Source: an uncultured Clostridia bacterium (GTDB lineage Bacteria; Bacillota; Clostridia; Christensenellales; CAG-917). Taken from it: a stretch of 64,000 nt of DNA. Below, piece by piece: positions 44,946-55,026 of the stretch. Position numbers and translations under genes: made by a program. The notes beneath the pieces were generated by a model that saw nothing but the letters and a program-made list of their open reading frames with translations, ran no database searches and had not been told where the DNA came from. Where the stretch lies: assembly GCA_944372795.1 (NCBI GenBank), contig CALWAF010000001.1:64390-128389 (forward strand), in the 5' to 3' direction. Position 1 is the first letter of the stretch. Each line of letters starts with the position of its first letter.

Positions 44946-46045
44946 TACTCGCTCCTCCTTATTCTGGGATCTATGATGGAATACATGCTGTCGGCAATGA
45001 GGTTCGCGATGACGAGTATGGCGCTTTCAAAAAACAATATCCCGACTATCATGAAATAGTCTCGTTGCGCTATGTATAAGCTGAATGCCTGACCGAGTCC
45101 GGGATAGTTGAATATGGATTCCATAAGCGTAGACCCGCCAAACAGACCCGCAAAAGAAAGAGCAAGTGATGCAATCAGCGGAAGAATGGCATTCTTGCGC
45201 ATATATTTGCGTATGATAGTCCGCTGCGGCACGCCGCGCGTCCGCGCAGCCCAAATGTAATCTTCTCCCATAACTGCTACACTGCTTCCTCTCATAAGCA
45301 GCGCCCATCCCGCAGTCTGAATGAAAACATTGGCAAAAATGGGCAGTATGGCATGATATATGCAGCTGCCGATAAACTCCGCATTGAACCCTATTTCGTA
45401 CTCGATGCTGTACGCCCCCATCTGTGGGAACCATTCCAGCTGATACGCAAACAGATACAATATGATAACTGCGAAAATATAGTCAGGAATTGCGCTGCTG
45501 ACCACAATATAACTTGTCAGCATCGCATCTCCCGCTTTGCCGCGTTTCCACGCCATGAATGCCCCTATGAGCGTGCCGAGGCCGAAGCTGATGATAAGCG
45601 ACACGGTGGAGATAAACAGTGTCCACGGCAATGTTTTTGCTATCACACTGTTTACGTTTATAGTCGGGTTGACTATAGACACGCCGAGATTGCCGCGGAA
45701 CAAATTCGAAACATAGCTTCCGAATTTTTCGAAAACGGACTCATCCGGATCGTAACCGAGGATGGATATTGCAAGCTCCCTTGCCTCTTCGAACGGTATT
45801 CTCCTTTCTGTCGCGAGTTTAATCGCCATCTGATCGACACTGTCGGCGGGCATAAGTTCCAGCAGCAAAAAACTAAGGAACATCGCCAGCATAAGCGTAA
45901 CCAAAGCGATGCCTATACGCATCCAAAGGAAACGATATTTGTAAAAGAATTTACCGACAAGAATGCCTACTTTTTTCAATACCGATCCCGCTGCGGAAAA
46001 AGATCCTCTTAACGCGATCGATATGTCACGTCCCTCGTTCTTCAT
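44945..46045 (-). CDS. ABC transporter permease (OppB/DppB-like)
   Basis: 366-aa polytopic protein. The EAA-like loop IWAARTRGVPQRTIIRKYMRKNA is typical of OppB/DppB permeases. Confidence 0.85.
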   Translation of the reverse strand: MKNEGRDISIALRGSFSAAGSVLKKVGILVGKFFYKYRFLWMRIGIALVTLMLAMFLSFLLLELMPADSVDQMAIKLATERRIPFEEARELAISILGYDPDESVFEKFGSYVSNLFRGNLGVSIVNPTINVNSVIAKTLPWTLFISTVSLIISFGLGTLIGAFMAWKRGKAGDAMLTSYIVVSSAIPDYIFAVIILYLFAYQLEWFPQMGAYSIEYEIGFNAEFIGSCIYHAILPIFANVFIQTAGWALLMRGSSVAVMGEDYIWAARTRGVPQRTIIRKYMRKNAILPLIASLALSFAGLFGGSTLMESIFNYPGLGQAFSLYIAQRDYFMIVGILFFESAILVIANLIADSMYSIIDPRIRRSE

Positions 46046-46057
46046 ATGCCACCTATC

Positions 46058-47998
46058 CTACGCACGCGGATAAAGCAGACCGCGCGCAAGTACGCTGCCC
46101 TGCGTATACCAGCTGTTGAGATCGGCAAATTCATCGAAATACTCGTCGCCCACCTGCGGGATATAAGTGATGTTCCTCGTTTCGGCGCAAAGCTCGTTGA
46201 CCGCGGGAAGCCCCCACACGCGGGATGCATTGAAGAAACTGCCGGTCACATTCTCAAAAAACTGAACGCCGAAGTTATACTGCGAAAAACCGTAAACGAT
46301 ATTCCCGACGGCTTCTGCGAGTTCATCACCTTCGATCATGAGTAGTTTGTCGATCTCATCCATGAGGTCCACCGTCCCCATCCCGTCCGGACGCGTCAAG
46401 GTAAGCTGCCATCTGCCGGTGACGTCGCTGGTGGGAAGATGAAGCATATGCGCGTCGAGCACATCGAAGAAGTGACGCATGAATCCGTACGGATGTGTGA
46501 AATAACTGTTGGCATCGGTGACGCCGACGACAAAATCGTAAATGCTGTTTTCCTGTCTGCCGGTGCTGAACCATGTATTCCAGTTCTCACCTATCTTTAT
46601 GGTCGTGGTGATGCCGAAAAGGTCAAGCGTGCTTTGAACGACTTGTCCCATGTTGACCATGAGAGTGTTGTTCTCCACTCCCAATGTCAGATCGACCCGC
46701 CTGCCGTTTTGGTCATACCACTTGCCATCGCGACGACTCCATCCCGCCTCCTGCAAAAGTTGCGCAGCCTTTTCCTGATTATAAGAATACTGTTTAAGTT
46801 TTGCGAAATCTTCCGGGAACATCAATATCTCTGCCTGCGATTTCGTCATGGTGAGCATCGAGTACCAGCTCGTGGCGCCATAAGGCTGCGCCATATTTTT
46901 GATGGCGTCACGATCGAAAATGTACTGGAACGCTTCTCTCACTTTGTCATTTTGCCAGATCTCTTTTTCAAGATTGAATATCAGACCGCAAGAGTTTTGG
47001 TCTATCATTTTGTAATGGACCATATTGGGATTTTCCGCAAGGATGTCCTCTATCGTTTCCGCAAGCGGCGCACCATCGAAATAATCGATGTCATTGTTGG
47101 CAAGCATCGAATAGATGAGATTTACATTATTTGGCGTCTGATACACGTAGATCTTGTCAAACGCCTGTGAATTGTCGAGATAATAATCCTCGTTTTTGAC
47201 AAGTATCATCTCGGTCTCGGTGTAGCGATCGAGCTTATACGGACCGGTGGCAACAAACCAATCCGGCTCGTAAGAGCGCATGCCGTTCAGTATCTCGCCC
47301 ATTTGCGCGGAAGCGGAACTGTTCCACTTCCTCCCGAAAGGCTGAACGATGTTGGTGCCGTAATCCTCTTCCAGATCGGTCGCATCGACAAGCTCCAGCG
47401 AATATATGACTTCGAGTGCCTGATCCACGTAAGTCTTGAATTCATCGTACTGCACGCTACCGAGCTTCGTATCGCATGAGAACAAAGCCGTTTTGGCCTC
47501 GTCGGTGGGCTCTCGATAAGTTTTCCAGTAGACTTTCACCGTATGCTCGTCCACTTCTTCGAGTTGCGTATAATATTTGCAGACATCATTCTGATAATCT
47601 ATCGCATAATAAGCGATTACATCTTTTGCGGTGAACGGAGTCCCGTCATGCCATTTCGCGTTCTGCCTAAGATGTATAAGCGACGTGGAATCGTCATTAT
47701 GTTCGATACTTTCGGCAAGTTGCCAATAGTAAGTATTCGTCGTACGCACGTGCTGCAAAAGCCCTTCCACTCCATACATGATCATGGGACCCGCATCCGT
47801 ACCGCCATGCCAATGATTGACTATGCCGGTCTTTGTCCAAGTACCGACCGTCCTCAAAGTCCTGTCTTGATTTTGACCGAGAGGTTCGTTGTAATCGACC
47901 GAGAGCCCTCCGGGCGAGGACGGATTGCATCCCGAAACGATAAACAACATCGCTATTACAAGAATTGCCGCAAGCAAAGCCACAGAATGTTTCCTCAT
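46058..47998 (-). CDS. ABC substrate-binding lipoprotein, family 5 (OppA-like; probably oligosaccharide-binding in this context)
   Basis: 646 aa with the lipobox VSGC. Its size and composition are typical of SBP_bac_5, and it heads the permease/ATPase genes. Confidence 0.8.
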   Translation of the reverse strand: MRKHSVALLAAILVIAMLFIVSGCNPSSPGGLSVDYNEPLGQNQDRTLRTVGTWTKTGIVNHWHGGTDAGPMIMYGVEGLLQHVRTTNTYYWQLAESIEHNDDSTSLIHLRQNAKWHDGTPFTAKDVIAYYAIDYQNDVCKYYTQLEEVDEHTVKVYWKTYREPTDEAKTALFSCDTKLGSVQYDEFKTYVDQALEVIYSLELVDATDLEEDYGTNIVQPFGRKWNSSASAQMGEILNGMRSYEPDWFVATGPYKLDRYTETEMILVKNEDYYLDNSQAFDKIYVYQTPNNVNLIYSMLANNDIDYFDGAPLAETIEDILAENPNMVHYKMIDQNSCGLIFNLEKEIWQNDKVREAFQYIFDRDAIKNMAQPYGATSWYSMLTMTKSQAEILMFPEDFAKLKQYSYNQEKAAQLLQEAGWSRRDGKWYDQNGRRVDLTLGVENNTLMVNMGQVVQSTLDLFGITTTIKIGENWNTWFSTGRQENSIYDFVVGVTDANSYFTHPYGFMRHFFDVLDAHMLHLPTSDVTGRWQLTLTRPDGMGTVDLMDEIDKLLMIEGDELAEAVGNIVYGFSQYNFGVQFFENVTGSFFNASRVWGLPAVNELCAETRNITYIPQVGDEYFDEFADLNSWYTQGSVLARGLLYPRA

Positions 47999-48014
47999 AA
48001 TTTCCTCCTTATCA

Positions 48015-48641
48015 TCACAGCCACTCGTGATCGTCCAGATCCTCGGGCAGATCGATCTCGGGAAGCAGACCCGGATCCCGATATTTGTACGAAACCGTCT
48101 TTATGACGTTCTGTCCGTTATCGCTGTACGAAGCCTCGGCGCTTATAGAGGTCAGAAAAACGTCATCGAAATATGCTGTTACGCGCAGATCATCGAAGTC
48201 CGCGGAAGCATAGTCGAATGCTACTCCGTTTTTCAGAGACTCGATATCGGATATCCTGTCCCGTTCCGCGACAAAATCCGATCGGGTGACGGACAGAAAA
48301 TCGTCGAGGGAGATCGCCGCCTTCATAAGCCTTCCGCTCTCATCCGAAAAATATCTCACTCCGCGGACGTAATACTCCGTTCTACCCGCGTTTTCTTTCA
48401 TGGCAACGGGTTCGCCGAGTTTGTTTGTCGTCAACACATAGCGTGTTATGTTCACTTCCTCCCCCACAGTGCTTGTGACCGTCAGATCATAAGCCGACAG
48501 CGCAGATGTGTTGGCAAGCCTGACCTCGAAAGCGTCATATGCTTCCGCAGCAGGCAAAAGCTCTTCATTCGGATCGCAGCCGACAAGAGCCAGCAAACAT
48601 AAAACACAAAACACTGCAACGGTGATCGCTTTATTTTTCAT
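48015..48641 (-). CDS. hypothetical lipoprotein
   Basis: 208 aa with the lipobox ALVGC. No family recognised. Co-transcribed with the transporter. Confidence 0.6.
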   Translation of the reverse strand: MKNKAITVAVFCVLCLLALVGCDPNEELLPAAEAYDAFEVRLANTSALSAYDLTVTSTVGEEVNITRYVLTTNKLGEPVAMKENAGRTEYYVRGVRYFSDESGRLMKAAISLDDFLSVTRSDFVAERDRISDIESLKNGVAFDYASADFDDLRVTAYFDDVFLTSISAEASYSDNGQNVIKTVSYKYRDPGLLPEIDLPEDLDDHEWL

Positions 48642-49252
48642 ACAACACCTCTGAGCGCATTCGAAAATATCTCGGTAAGACGCTGTTTGCCGCTCTCATT
48701 CGGATGTGTTCCGTCATACAGAAACTCCTTCTGATTGGTTTTGTCTATTCCGGAGGCTTTATATACGTCCAGAAACATGATCTTGCGGATCGCACACAGA
48801 CCGGCGAGTTTTTCGCGATACTCGTTAAACGCTTTCTCCCCCGTTGCTGCGCTCCACATGGGCGAACACCACACCACTTTTGCAAAAGGAAATCTCTTTG
48901 CGAAATATCCCGCACAATAATTTACGGCTCCGAGCAAAGAAGTCGCCTCATCGACGGAGTCCGGATCGCCCATGGTTATCATGCCGTTGACATCGTACTC
49001 ATAAAGATCGTTCACACCTCTTTGGACAAGGATTATATCCGGCTTGATCGCCCCTGCAAACAGTCTGTCGAACGCACCGTCTTTGATGAGATTGACCATG
49101 CACTGCTCGGGCATCCTACAAGGAGATATGGACGCGCCGGTAAAATCGGAAGTCACCGAAGCGCAATGCACCGCAGAGGCTATGTCGCACACCATATCTC
49201 TGTTTATACGAAAGATACTGTCACCGATAGTCCAAAGAACCCTTTGCCGCAT
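48638..49252 (-). CDS. SGNH/GDSL hydrolase (esterase), no signal peptide
   Basis: ATG 49252 with AAGGAG 6 nt upstream. All four SGNH blocks are intact: IGDSIF, TGASIS, RGVND and DGTHPN. Confidence 0.8.
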   Translation of the reverse strand: MRQRVLWTIGDSIFRINRDMVCDIASAVHCASVTSDFTGASISPCRMPEQCMVNLIKDGAFDRLFAGAIKPDIILVQRGVNDLYEYDVNGMITMGDPDSVDEATSLLGAVNYCAGYFAKRFPFAKVVWCSPMWSAATGEKAFNEYREKLAGLCAIRKIMFLDVYKASGIDKTNQKEFLYDGTHPNESGKQRLTEIFSNALRGVV

Positions 49253-49283
49253 GACCCGCTCCTTTATCTCCGACAAACAGCCG

Positions 49284-50465
49284 TCATATACAAACCGCAG
49301 TAGTAACTGCAATCGAAGTGGCGCTTTCCGCTACGATATAAGCAACACCCTTGCCAACGAATACCAATTTGCCGCGCTCCTCGTCATATACCGCGACGTT
49401 CTCGTCCGTGGAATAAATGCGACAGCCTTCTCCCCCTTCAAGCGAAAGCGGATATTCGATGCCCGCCACACCTTCTCGGTATCCTTTCGACCATGACATC
49501 GGTTCGGAAAACAGATCCGCCGCATCGTCCATGCGCAAAGCGGCTTCGATGACTATGCGGTAAGTTTCGCGCCCCGTCTGATTCGGATGTATCCCGTCTA
49601 TCGTCATTTTCCCCAATGCCGAAGTCGTGATCCCGGTAGCCTCATGCAGATCTATCACTTCCACTCCGTATGAAGTGCATATTTCATTCAGATTGTCATT
49701 GAATTCACGGATCCTGTCCAAAGACGCGTCGCTGCGCGTGATGCTGTTTGTCCACACTATCTTGGCTTCGGGATATTTCTCGCGGAAGTATTCGATAGAA
49801 TATCTTATCGCGCCGTATGTTTCGGAGGAGTTTACGGAATCGGGATCGCCCAACTTCAACGGGTTGCCGGCCACTCCGCTCCAATATACATCGTTGGTCC
49901 CTCTGCCTATGAGTATAAGATCGGGTGCCACGCTCCCAATCAACTCGTCATAATAACCGCTGTTGATATGATCGACGATGCCGACGGAGGATGCCGGCGC
50001 TATAGTGCTTCCGCTTATCGTATCGCGAACGAGCGTATAGCCGAGGTCCGACGCGATCGTATCCAACAACATGGGGCTGAAATCGGATGTGAAAATGCTG
50101 TCGCCTACGGCAAGCATCACGCCACCCACCTTTACGGAGATCTCCGCTCGCTTCGTCCCCGCACAAGCCGTCACGACGGCGCTGCCGGCAGAAACACCTG
50201 TTAAAACACCGTTTTCGACGCTTACAACGTCCGGATCGGATGAAGCGAACGTACACTCGCGGTTCGCTTCTATGGCACATACCCCGCCGACCGCAAGAGA
50301 GACCTTCTCCGTATTCAACGTTATCTCCTCCTCGATTTCGGGCGGTATGCTTCCTCCCGGAACATCCAGAACGCCGTTTTGCGACGCATCATCGCACGCC
50401 GACGCGACAAACATAGTCGCGCAGCACACGATGGTTATAAGAAGAAATATGACGCCCCTTTTCAT
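49284..50465 (-). CDS. surface lipoprotein: Big_2 domain + SGNH/GDSL esterase + C-terminal Ig-like domain
   Basis: ATG 50465 with AAGGAG 6 nt upstream and the lipobox ASAC. Big_2 pattern (FASSDPDVVSVENGVLTGVSAGSAVVT). Intact SGNH blocks VGDSIF, SGSTI, RGTND and DGIHPN. Confidence 0.8.
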   Translation of the reverse strand: MKRGVIFLLITIVCCATMFVASACDDASQNGVLDVPGGSIPPEIEEEITLNTEKVSLAVGGVCAIEANRECTFASSDPDVVSVENGVLTGVSAGSAVVTACAGTKRAEISVKVGGVMLAVGDSIFTSDFSPMLLDTIASDLGYTLVRDTISGSTIAPASSVGIVDHINSGYYDELIGSVAPDLILIGRGTNDVYWSGVAGNPLKLGDPDSVNSSETYGAIRYSIEYFREKYPEAKIVWTNSITRSDASLDRIREFNDNLNEICTSYGVEVIDLHEATGITTSALGKMTIDGIHPNQTGRETYRIVIEAALRMDDAADLFSEPMSWSKGYREGVAGIEYPLSLEGGEGCRIYSTDENVAVYDEERGKLVFVGKGVAYIVAESATSIAVTTAVCI

Positions 50466-50514
50466 ATATAACTCCTTCATCGCCGCACTTACCGTGCGGC
50501 GATGATCCGGTATT

Positions 50515-53247
50515 TCAGTCGCCGAAGGCAACCTTGTTGAGCCACATGGTTGCGCCGGTTTGCGTTGTCGTTTCGTCGAAGTCCTGTTCGATAAGAACGG
50601 TCAGCACTTCACCGTTGTATTCACTGACATCGAAAACAAGCTCTGTGCCCGTGGTCCACTGCGAGACAGATATCTTCCCCCAACCGTTCCTGACGGCGAC
50701 AAAATCCGCATTCGTCTCAGGAGTCAGAGTCACGATCGTTCCGTCCTCAAGCAAAAGTCGTACGCGAACGTTTACGCCGTCTCCCACATTATCACAGCCG
50801 ACCCAGACGCTAAACATGTTTCCCTGCACCCATACGCGGTTGACAAAGACTGCATCCGCGCCAAGATCCTCGGCAGTGTCATTGCCGCTCTCCCATGCTA
50901 TGGACTGTAAGCTTGCACCTAGCGTTCCGACATTGTTAAGCTGACCGTCACCCGTTAGGAAGTGCTTCCATTTTGCTTTTGCGGTCGTATCTCCGCGCAG
51001 TCCCCATACGGTGAAGTCTTCTTCGTCAGTGCCCCAAACTTTAGAGCCGTCGATCTCCAACGCCTTCCAATCGGCATCGTCGAACGCGCCTATCGGAGAT
51101 GTCAGTGTTCCGGTTATAGTCGAATCCGGAATGTCGACATCCTGTACATCTTTAAGTTCGAGTTGTTCTTTCGCGCTCCTGACGGCGGCGATCGCAGCGT
51201 CGATATAACCTTGTTGATCCGCGTTGAGGTCACGGCTGAGATTCTTGAACGATGTCACAGCCGCCTCGTATCTTGCCCAGCTCACATCCGTGTAAAGCGA
51301 AGCATCGAGGCTATCTCCGTCAAGTTCTGCCGCGAGTTCGTCATATGCCGCATAATCGGCAGGTTCCGTCGTCACTTCAGCAGTAAATGTCGCAAAGTTG
51401 AACCAAAGCGTGCAGGCGCCGGCGTCGGTCTCTGTCCGGTTTTCATCCTGCTCTATCATGATCACGGCTTCTTTGCCCTTAAATGCCGACACGTCATATG
51501 TCAGTTTTGCACCCGACACCCATTGGCTGATCTGCAAATTGCCCCAATTCCGATTCTTGTAAAGTTTGAACCCCGGAACGGTCCACATAGGTGCGAGATT
51601 GTGTTCAACGCCGTCCACAAGGAATGTAAGACGATAGTTCACGTTTGTATTGTCGCTGTCCGTGCCTACGTATATCACAAAATAGTTCTCGCTGACCGTG
51701 ACTTTGTTCATGGTCACTGCATCACGCACGAAGGCGCCGCCGTCATGACCGTCAGCAGGTTCGCGGGCTATGATCTGCAAAGACCCTCCGGTCACATCCT
51801 TATAAACCACCTGTCCCTCTGCTCCGTTCAGGAAAACAGTGGTCCATTTCGCTTTTGCCGCGATATCGCCGCGCAATCCCCACGCGCTCCAATCGGTTTG
51901 ATTCGGATCACCCCAAGACGTCGCGGTGTCAAGAGTGAGAGCGGAGACGTCCACCTGCTCTTCTGCCGCCACAAAAGCCATGCTGTACACAACCAAAGAG
52001 TCGCGGCATTCTTGGATCAGCCCTTCGAGCTGAAACTCCTTGTAACCGATGTCCAGATAATATTCTTCCTGATAAACGTCGGCAGGAGCATCCTGTTCGA
52101 TCAAAAGTATTATGGTCTGTCCGACATAATCCGAAAGATCGACGTCAAAATAAGTGCCCGTGCGCATGGTATCGTAATCCAACCCCGTTCCTTCATCGTT
52201 TAGCGGAGCTTTGATCTCGACATAATCCATAACAACGTGATCGGTATAATCATCCGGACAAATCACGGACACTCGGAACTTGCTGAGAAGATTGTTGTAA
52301 TCAGGATAAGGATTGTTGCTTGCAAAAATGCGGAACGTGCTGTTTTCCCCGACCGTGACCTTATTCCAGAGGATCGTATTCGGATCTTCGTCATCCACTT
52401 CGGGGTTGACACCGTCCGTCCCCGCACGTCCGAATGTATCCGAACCGCGCATAACTATATAAGGCATCCCGGCAGGCCCCTCGAAAAGGTTCCAGTTGGG
52501 GCTGTGCCCCGGCACGACTTGCTGTTTCCATTCCATAGCCGTCTTATCTTCGTCATTGTCGGCAACGTATGTCCATGACGTCAGTTCGGAGACAGCCTGT
52601 GCATCGATAAATTCTTTTGCGATCCCGAAATAGGTGACATATACGCTGCGCTCGAACGTCGCGGTGCGCCCTTCTGCGTCGGTCGCGGAATAAGTAACCG
52701 TATAAGTGCCGAGCTTTGAAATGTCGAAACCGCCATCATCGGTCACTACAATCGGCAGTTCGACGCCGTTGCCATCCGATGCGGACAGACCTTTCGTCAG
52801 ATCCACCGAGGCTGCGGGGGTATTGTTGTTAATATACAACTCACCCTCATACTGTTCCTCTTCCTTTATGATCGGTGCGGAACCTCCGGACTGCCGATCG
52901 GTCACATTAACGGTGCATACATCCTGTGCGCTGCCCGCACTCGCGGTGACGGTGGCAGTCCCTGCCGAAACAGCCGTCACCACTCCTTTATCAACCGTGA
53001 CTATTTCCGTATTTGAGCTGTTCCAACTCACAGCCACGCCTTCTACGTTGACATCGGCAAAAAGCGTAAACGTATCTCCCACCGTAAGATCCAATTCATC
53101 CCGATCCAGCGTAACGATTAGCGCGCCGCCGTCTCCCTGATCATCGGAACGTCCGTCGTTGCAAGCAATGAAAGTCGTTGCAACGACCAACATCAATAAG
53201 AAAACGATCGCCGATCCGGAGATTTTGGCTATTCTCTTTTTCCTCAT
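50515..53247 (-). CDS. large surface lipoprotein: Big_2 + DUF5011-like Ig domain + 3 copies of an unassigned ~160-aa domain + FIVAR-like helical spacer
   Basis: ATG 53247 and the lipobox FIAC. Big_2 (NSSNTEIVTVDKGVVTAVSAGTATVT). DUF5011-like (GTYTVTYSATDAEGRTATFERSVYV). Three repeats end in LLIEQD, IMIEQD and VLIEQD. FIVAR-like YTDVSWARYEAAVTSF... Confidence 0.75.
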   Translation of the reverse strand: MRKKRIAKISGSAIVFLLMLVVATTFIACNDGRSDDQGDGGALIVTLDRDELDLTVGDTFTLFADVNVEGVAVSWNSSNTEIVTVDKGVVTAVSAGTATVTASAGSAQDVCTVNVTDRQSGGSAPIIKEEEQYEGELYINNNTPAASVDLTKGLSASDGNGVELPIVVTDDGGFDISKLGTYTVTYSATDAEGRTATFERSVYVTYFGIAKEFIDAQAVSELTSWTYVADNDEDKTAMEWKQQVVPGHSPNWNLFEGPAGMPYIVMRGSDTFGRAGTDGVNPEVDDEDPNTILWNKVTVGENSTFRIFASNNPYPDYNNLLSKFRVSVICPDDYTDHVVMDYVEIKAPLNDEGTGLDYDTMRTGTYFDVDLSDYVGQTIILLIEQDAPADVYQEEYYLDIGYKEFQLEGLIQECRDSLVVYSMAFVAAEEQVDVSALTLDTATSWGDPNQTDWSAWGLRGDIAAKAKWTTVFLNGAEGQVVYKDVTGGSLQIIAREPADGHDGGAFVRDAVTMNKVTVSENYFVIYVGTDSDNTNVNYRLTFLVDGVEHNLAPMWTVPGFKLYKNRNWGNLQISQWVSGAKLTYDVSAFKGKEAVIMIEQDENRTETDAGACTLWFNFATFTAEVTTEPADYAAYDELAAELDGDSLDASLYTDVSWARYEAAVTSFKNLSRDLNADQQGYIDAAIAAVRSAKEQLELKDVQDVDIPDSTITGTLTSPIGAFDDADWKALEIDGSKVWGTDEEDFTVWGLRGDTTAKAKWKHFLTGDGQLNNVGTLGASLQSIAWESGNDTAEDLGADAVFVNRVWVQGNMFSVWVGCDNVGDGVNVRVRLLLEDGTIVTLTPETNADFVAVRNGWGKISVSQWTTGTELVFDVSEYNGEVLTVLIEQDFDETTTQTGATMWLNKVAFGD

Positions 53248-53295
53248 AATGAATCCCCCTATATTAACGGTAAAATTCCCAGATTTTTCCATTTA

Positions 53296-53309
53296 CGAAA
53301 ACGTTTTCA
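53296..53309. promoter_or_regulatory. LacI-type operator with perfect 12-bp palindrome GAAAACGTTTTC
   Basis: The palindrome sits at 53297..53308, in the leader of the minus-strand 16-kb operon and downstream of the promoter at 53347..53375. Confidence 0.6.
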
Positions 53310-53346
53310 TAATTTAACCGAGAATTTCACCCGCTTTGATGAGTCC

Positions 53347-53375
53347 ATTTTACTATGGCGATGGCGGATTGTCAA
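53347..53375 (-). promoter_or_regulatory. sigma-A promoter of the minus-strand island operon (TTGACA-17-TAAAAT)
   Basis: -35 at 53375..53370 and -10 at 53352..53347, with a 17-bp spacer. Confidence 0.55.
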
Positions 53376-53395
53376 TACATAATTTGAAAAATGTG

Positions 53396-53424
53396 TTGAC
53401 AACCCACTCGCTCATGTTTATGAT
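53396..53424 (+). promoter_or_regulatory. sigma-A promoter of the GH32 gene (TTGACA-17-TATGAT)
   Basis: TTGACA at 53396..53401 and TATGAT at 53419..53424. Confidence 0.6.
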
Positions 53425-53429
53425 AATTT

Positions 53430-53443
53430 TGAAAACGTTACCA
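53430..53443. promoter_or_regulatory. cre/LacI-type operator TGAAAACGTTACCA at the predicted GH32 transcription start
   Basis: Fits TGWAANCGNTNNCA exactly and lies 6 nt downstream of the -10 box. Confidence 0.6.
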
Positions 53444-53531
53444 AATGTGCAATAAAAACTCGAGATAGTGTTCAAGATGTTTCGCCATATCAATATCGTT
53501 TTCAAATTAAAATACCGCGCGGAGATACTGT

Positions 53532-54920
53532 ATGTCCTACAACATTTTCTACAAACCTGCCGAACAAAACAGCGCCTTGGCGGACGTTATCCCCTTCTAT
53601 GAGAATGGCACTTTTCATTTGTTTTATCTCCGCGATCACCGCGACCCCGCTAAATACGGCGACGGAATAAGCTGGTATCGTGTTTGCACAAATGACTTCA
53701 CATCCTTTACGGACAAAGGAGTTGCCATACCCGCCGGAAGCCGAGAGCAATTGGATCACTGTGCGTACACGGGCGGGATAATCAAATATGACGGTTTATA
53801 TCACATATTCTATACAGGTCATAATGCGCGCATAAAGGATACCGATTATCAAAACGAATGCATCATGCATGCGACAAGCAACGACCTCGTCAAATGGACA
53901 AAACTGCCGGAGGACACCTTTTTCGCTCCGGAAGGATACTGCCACGGTGATTTCAGAGATCCTTTTGTATACCCCTCCCCCGAGGGCAACGGATTCGTCA
54001 TGCTTATCTGTGCGAGACCTCACAGCGGCAACGCGATACGTAAAGGCGAGCTTATCAAAATGACGTCCGACGACCTGAAACATTGGAAATTCGAGAAAAA
54101 ATTCTATGCGCCGCAGGCTTTTCATACACATGAGTGCCCTGATCTGTTCAATATAGGCGACTGGTGGTATCTGTTGTTTTCCGAGTATTCGGACGACTAC
54201 ACGACAAAATACAGGATGAGTCGATCACCCGAAGGGCCTTGGGTCTGCCCTCCCGACGACTCTCTCGACGGTCGGGCGTATTATGCAGCGAAAACGGCAT
54301 CTGACGGCAACGATCGTTTCCTGTTCGGTTGGGTCCCGACGCGAACCGGAAATTCCGATAAACTGCCGTGGATGTGGGGCGGCAACCTTGTCGTCCACAG
54401 TCTTATACAAAGAGAAGACGGCACTTTGGGTGTAGCTTTACCCGACAGCATCGGGAGCACGTTCAAAAATCAAACCGCAATTCCTTCCTTTTCGCTGTAC
54501 AACAAATACGATTGCGGAGAAAAAGTTTTATTCAAACGCACCGATAAGACTTTTTCGTTATCGTTCACCATAACCGCACATGCTGACAGCACAAGATTCG
54601 GTATTTTCCTAAATAAAAACGAATCCGAAGACAAAGCCTTCGCTTTTACGTTTGACTTGAACAAGCGCCGCGTCGAGGCGTGCGCGCGTCCGGCGTTTCC
54701 CGCAGGAGAATATGACAATTATCATATGTCCCGCCCACTTCCGAACGGAAACTCGTTCGACATAACGCTTATCGCCGACGGAGATATATACATCATTTAT
54801 ATAGGAGGAGATGTTGCGCTGTCCGCTCGGTGCTGCAACATGCTCGGCGATGGCATCGGCATATTTTCAGAATTCTCCGACATTGACATCGAACACATAA
54901 AATTCGGCAAACTTGTCTGA
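53532..54920 (+). CDS. GH32 glycoside hydrolase (beta-fructofuranosidase / fructan hydrolase type), cytoplasmic
   Basis: 462 aa with no signal peptide. N-terminal nucleophile region ADVIPFYENGTFHLFYL, the RDP motif (FRDPFVY) and the EC motif (HECPDLF) of GH32. Confidence 0.8.
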   Translation: MSYNIFYKPAEQNSALADVIPFYENGTFHLFYLRDHRDPAKYGDGISWYRVCTNDFTSFTDKGVAIPAGSREQLDHCAYTGGIIKYDGLYHIFYTGHNARIKDTDYQNECIMHATSNDLVKWTKLPEDTFFAPEGYCHGDFRDPFVYPSPEGNGFVMLICARPHSGNAIRKGELIKMTSDDLKHWKFEKKFYAPQAFHTHECPDLFNIGDWWYLLFSEYSDDYTTKYRMSRSPEGPWVCPPDDSLDGRAYYAAKTASDGNDRFLFGWVPTRTGNSDKLPWMWGGNLVVHSLIQREDGTLGVALPDSIGSTFKNQTAIPSFSLYNKYDCGEKVLFKRTDKTFSLSFTITAHADSTRFGIFLNKNESEDKAFAFTFDLNKRRVEACARPAFPAGEYDNYHMSRPLPNGNSFDITLIADGDIYIIYIGGDVALSARCCNMLGDGIGIFSEFSDIDIEHIKFGKLV

Positions 54921-54994
54921 CCTCATTACGTGCAATTTGCCATGCCAAACCTGAATAACCAAAACTACTGCAAAACAAAAACGACAAAAGAAAA

Positions 54995-55026
54995 AGCAAA
55001 CAAAATCTGGTTCGATTTTGTTTGCT
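54995..55026 (-). terminator. intrinsic terminator downstream of tRNA-Ala
   Basis: AGCAAACAAAATC-GAACCA-GATTTTGTTTGCT on the minus strand, followed by a T-rich tract. Confidence 0.7.
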
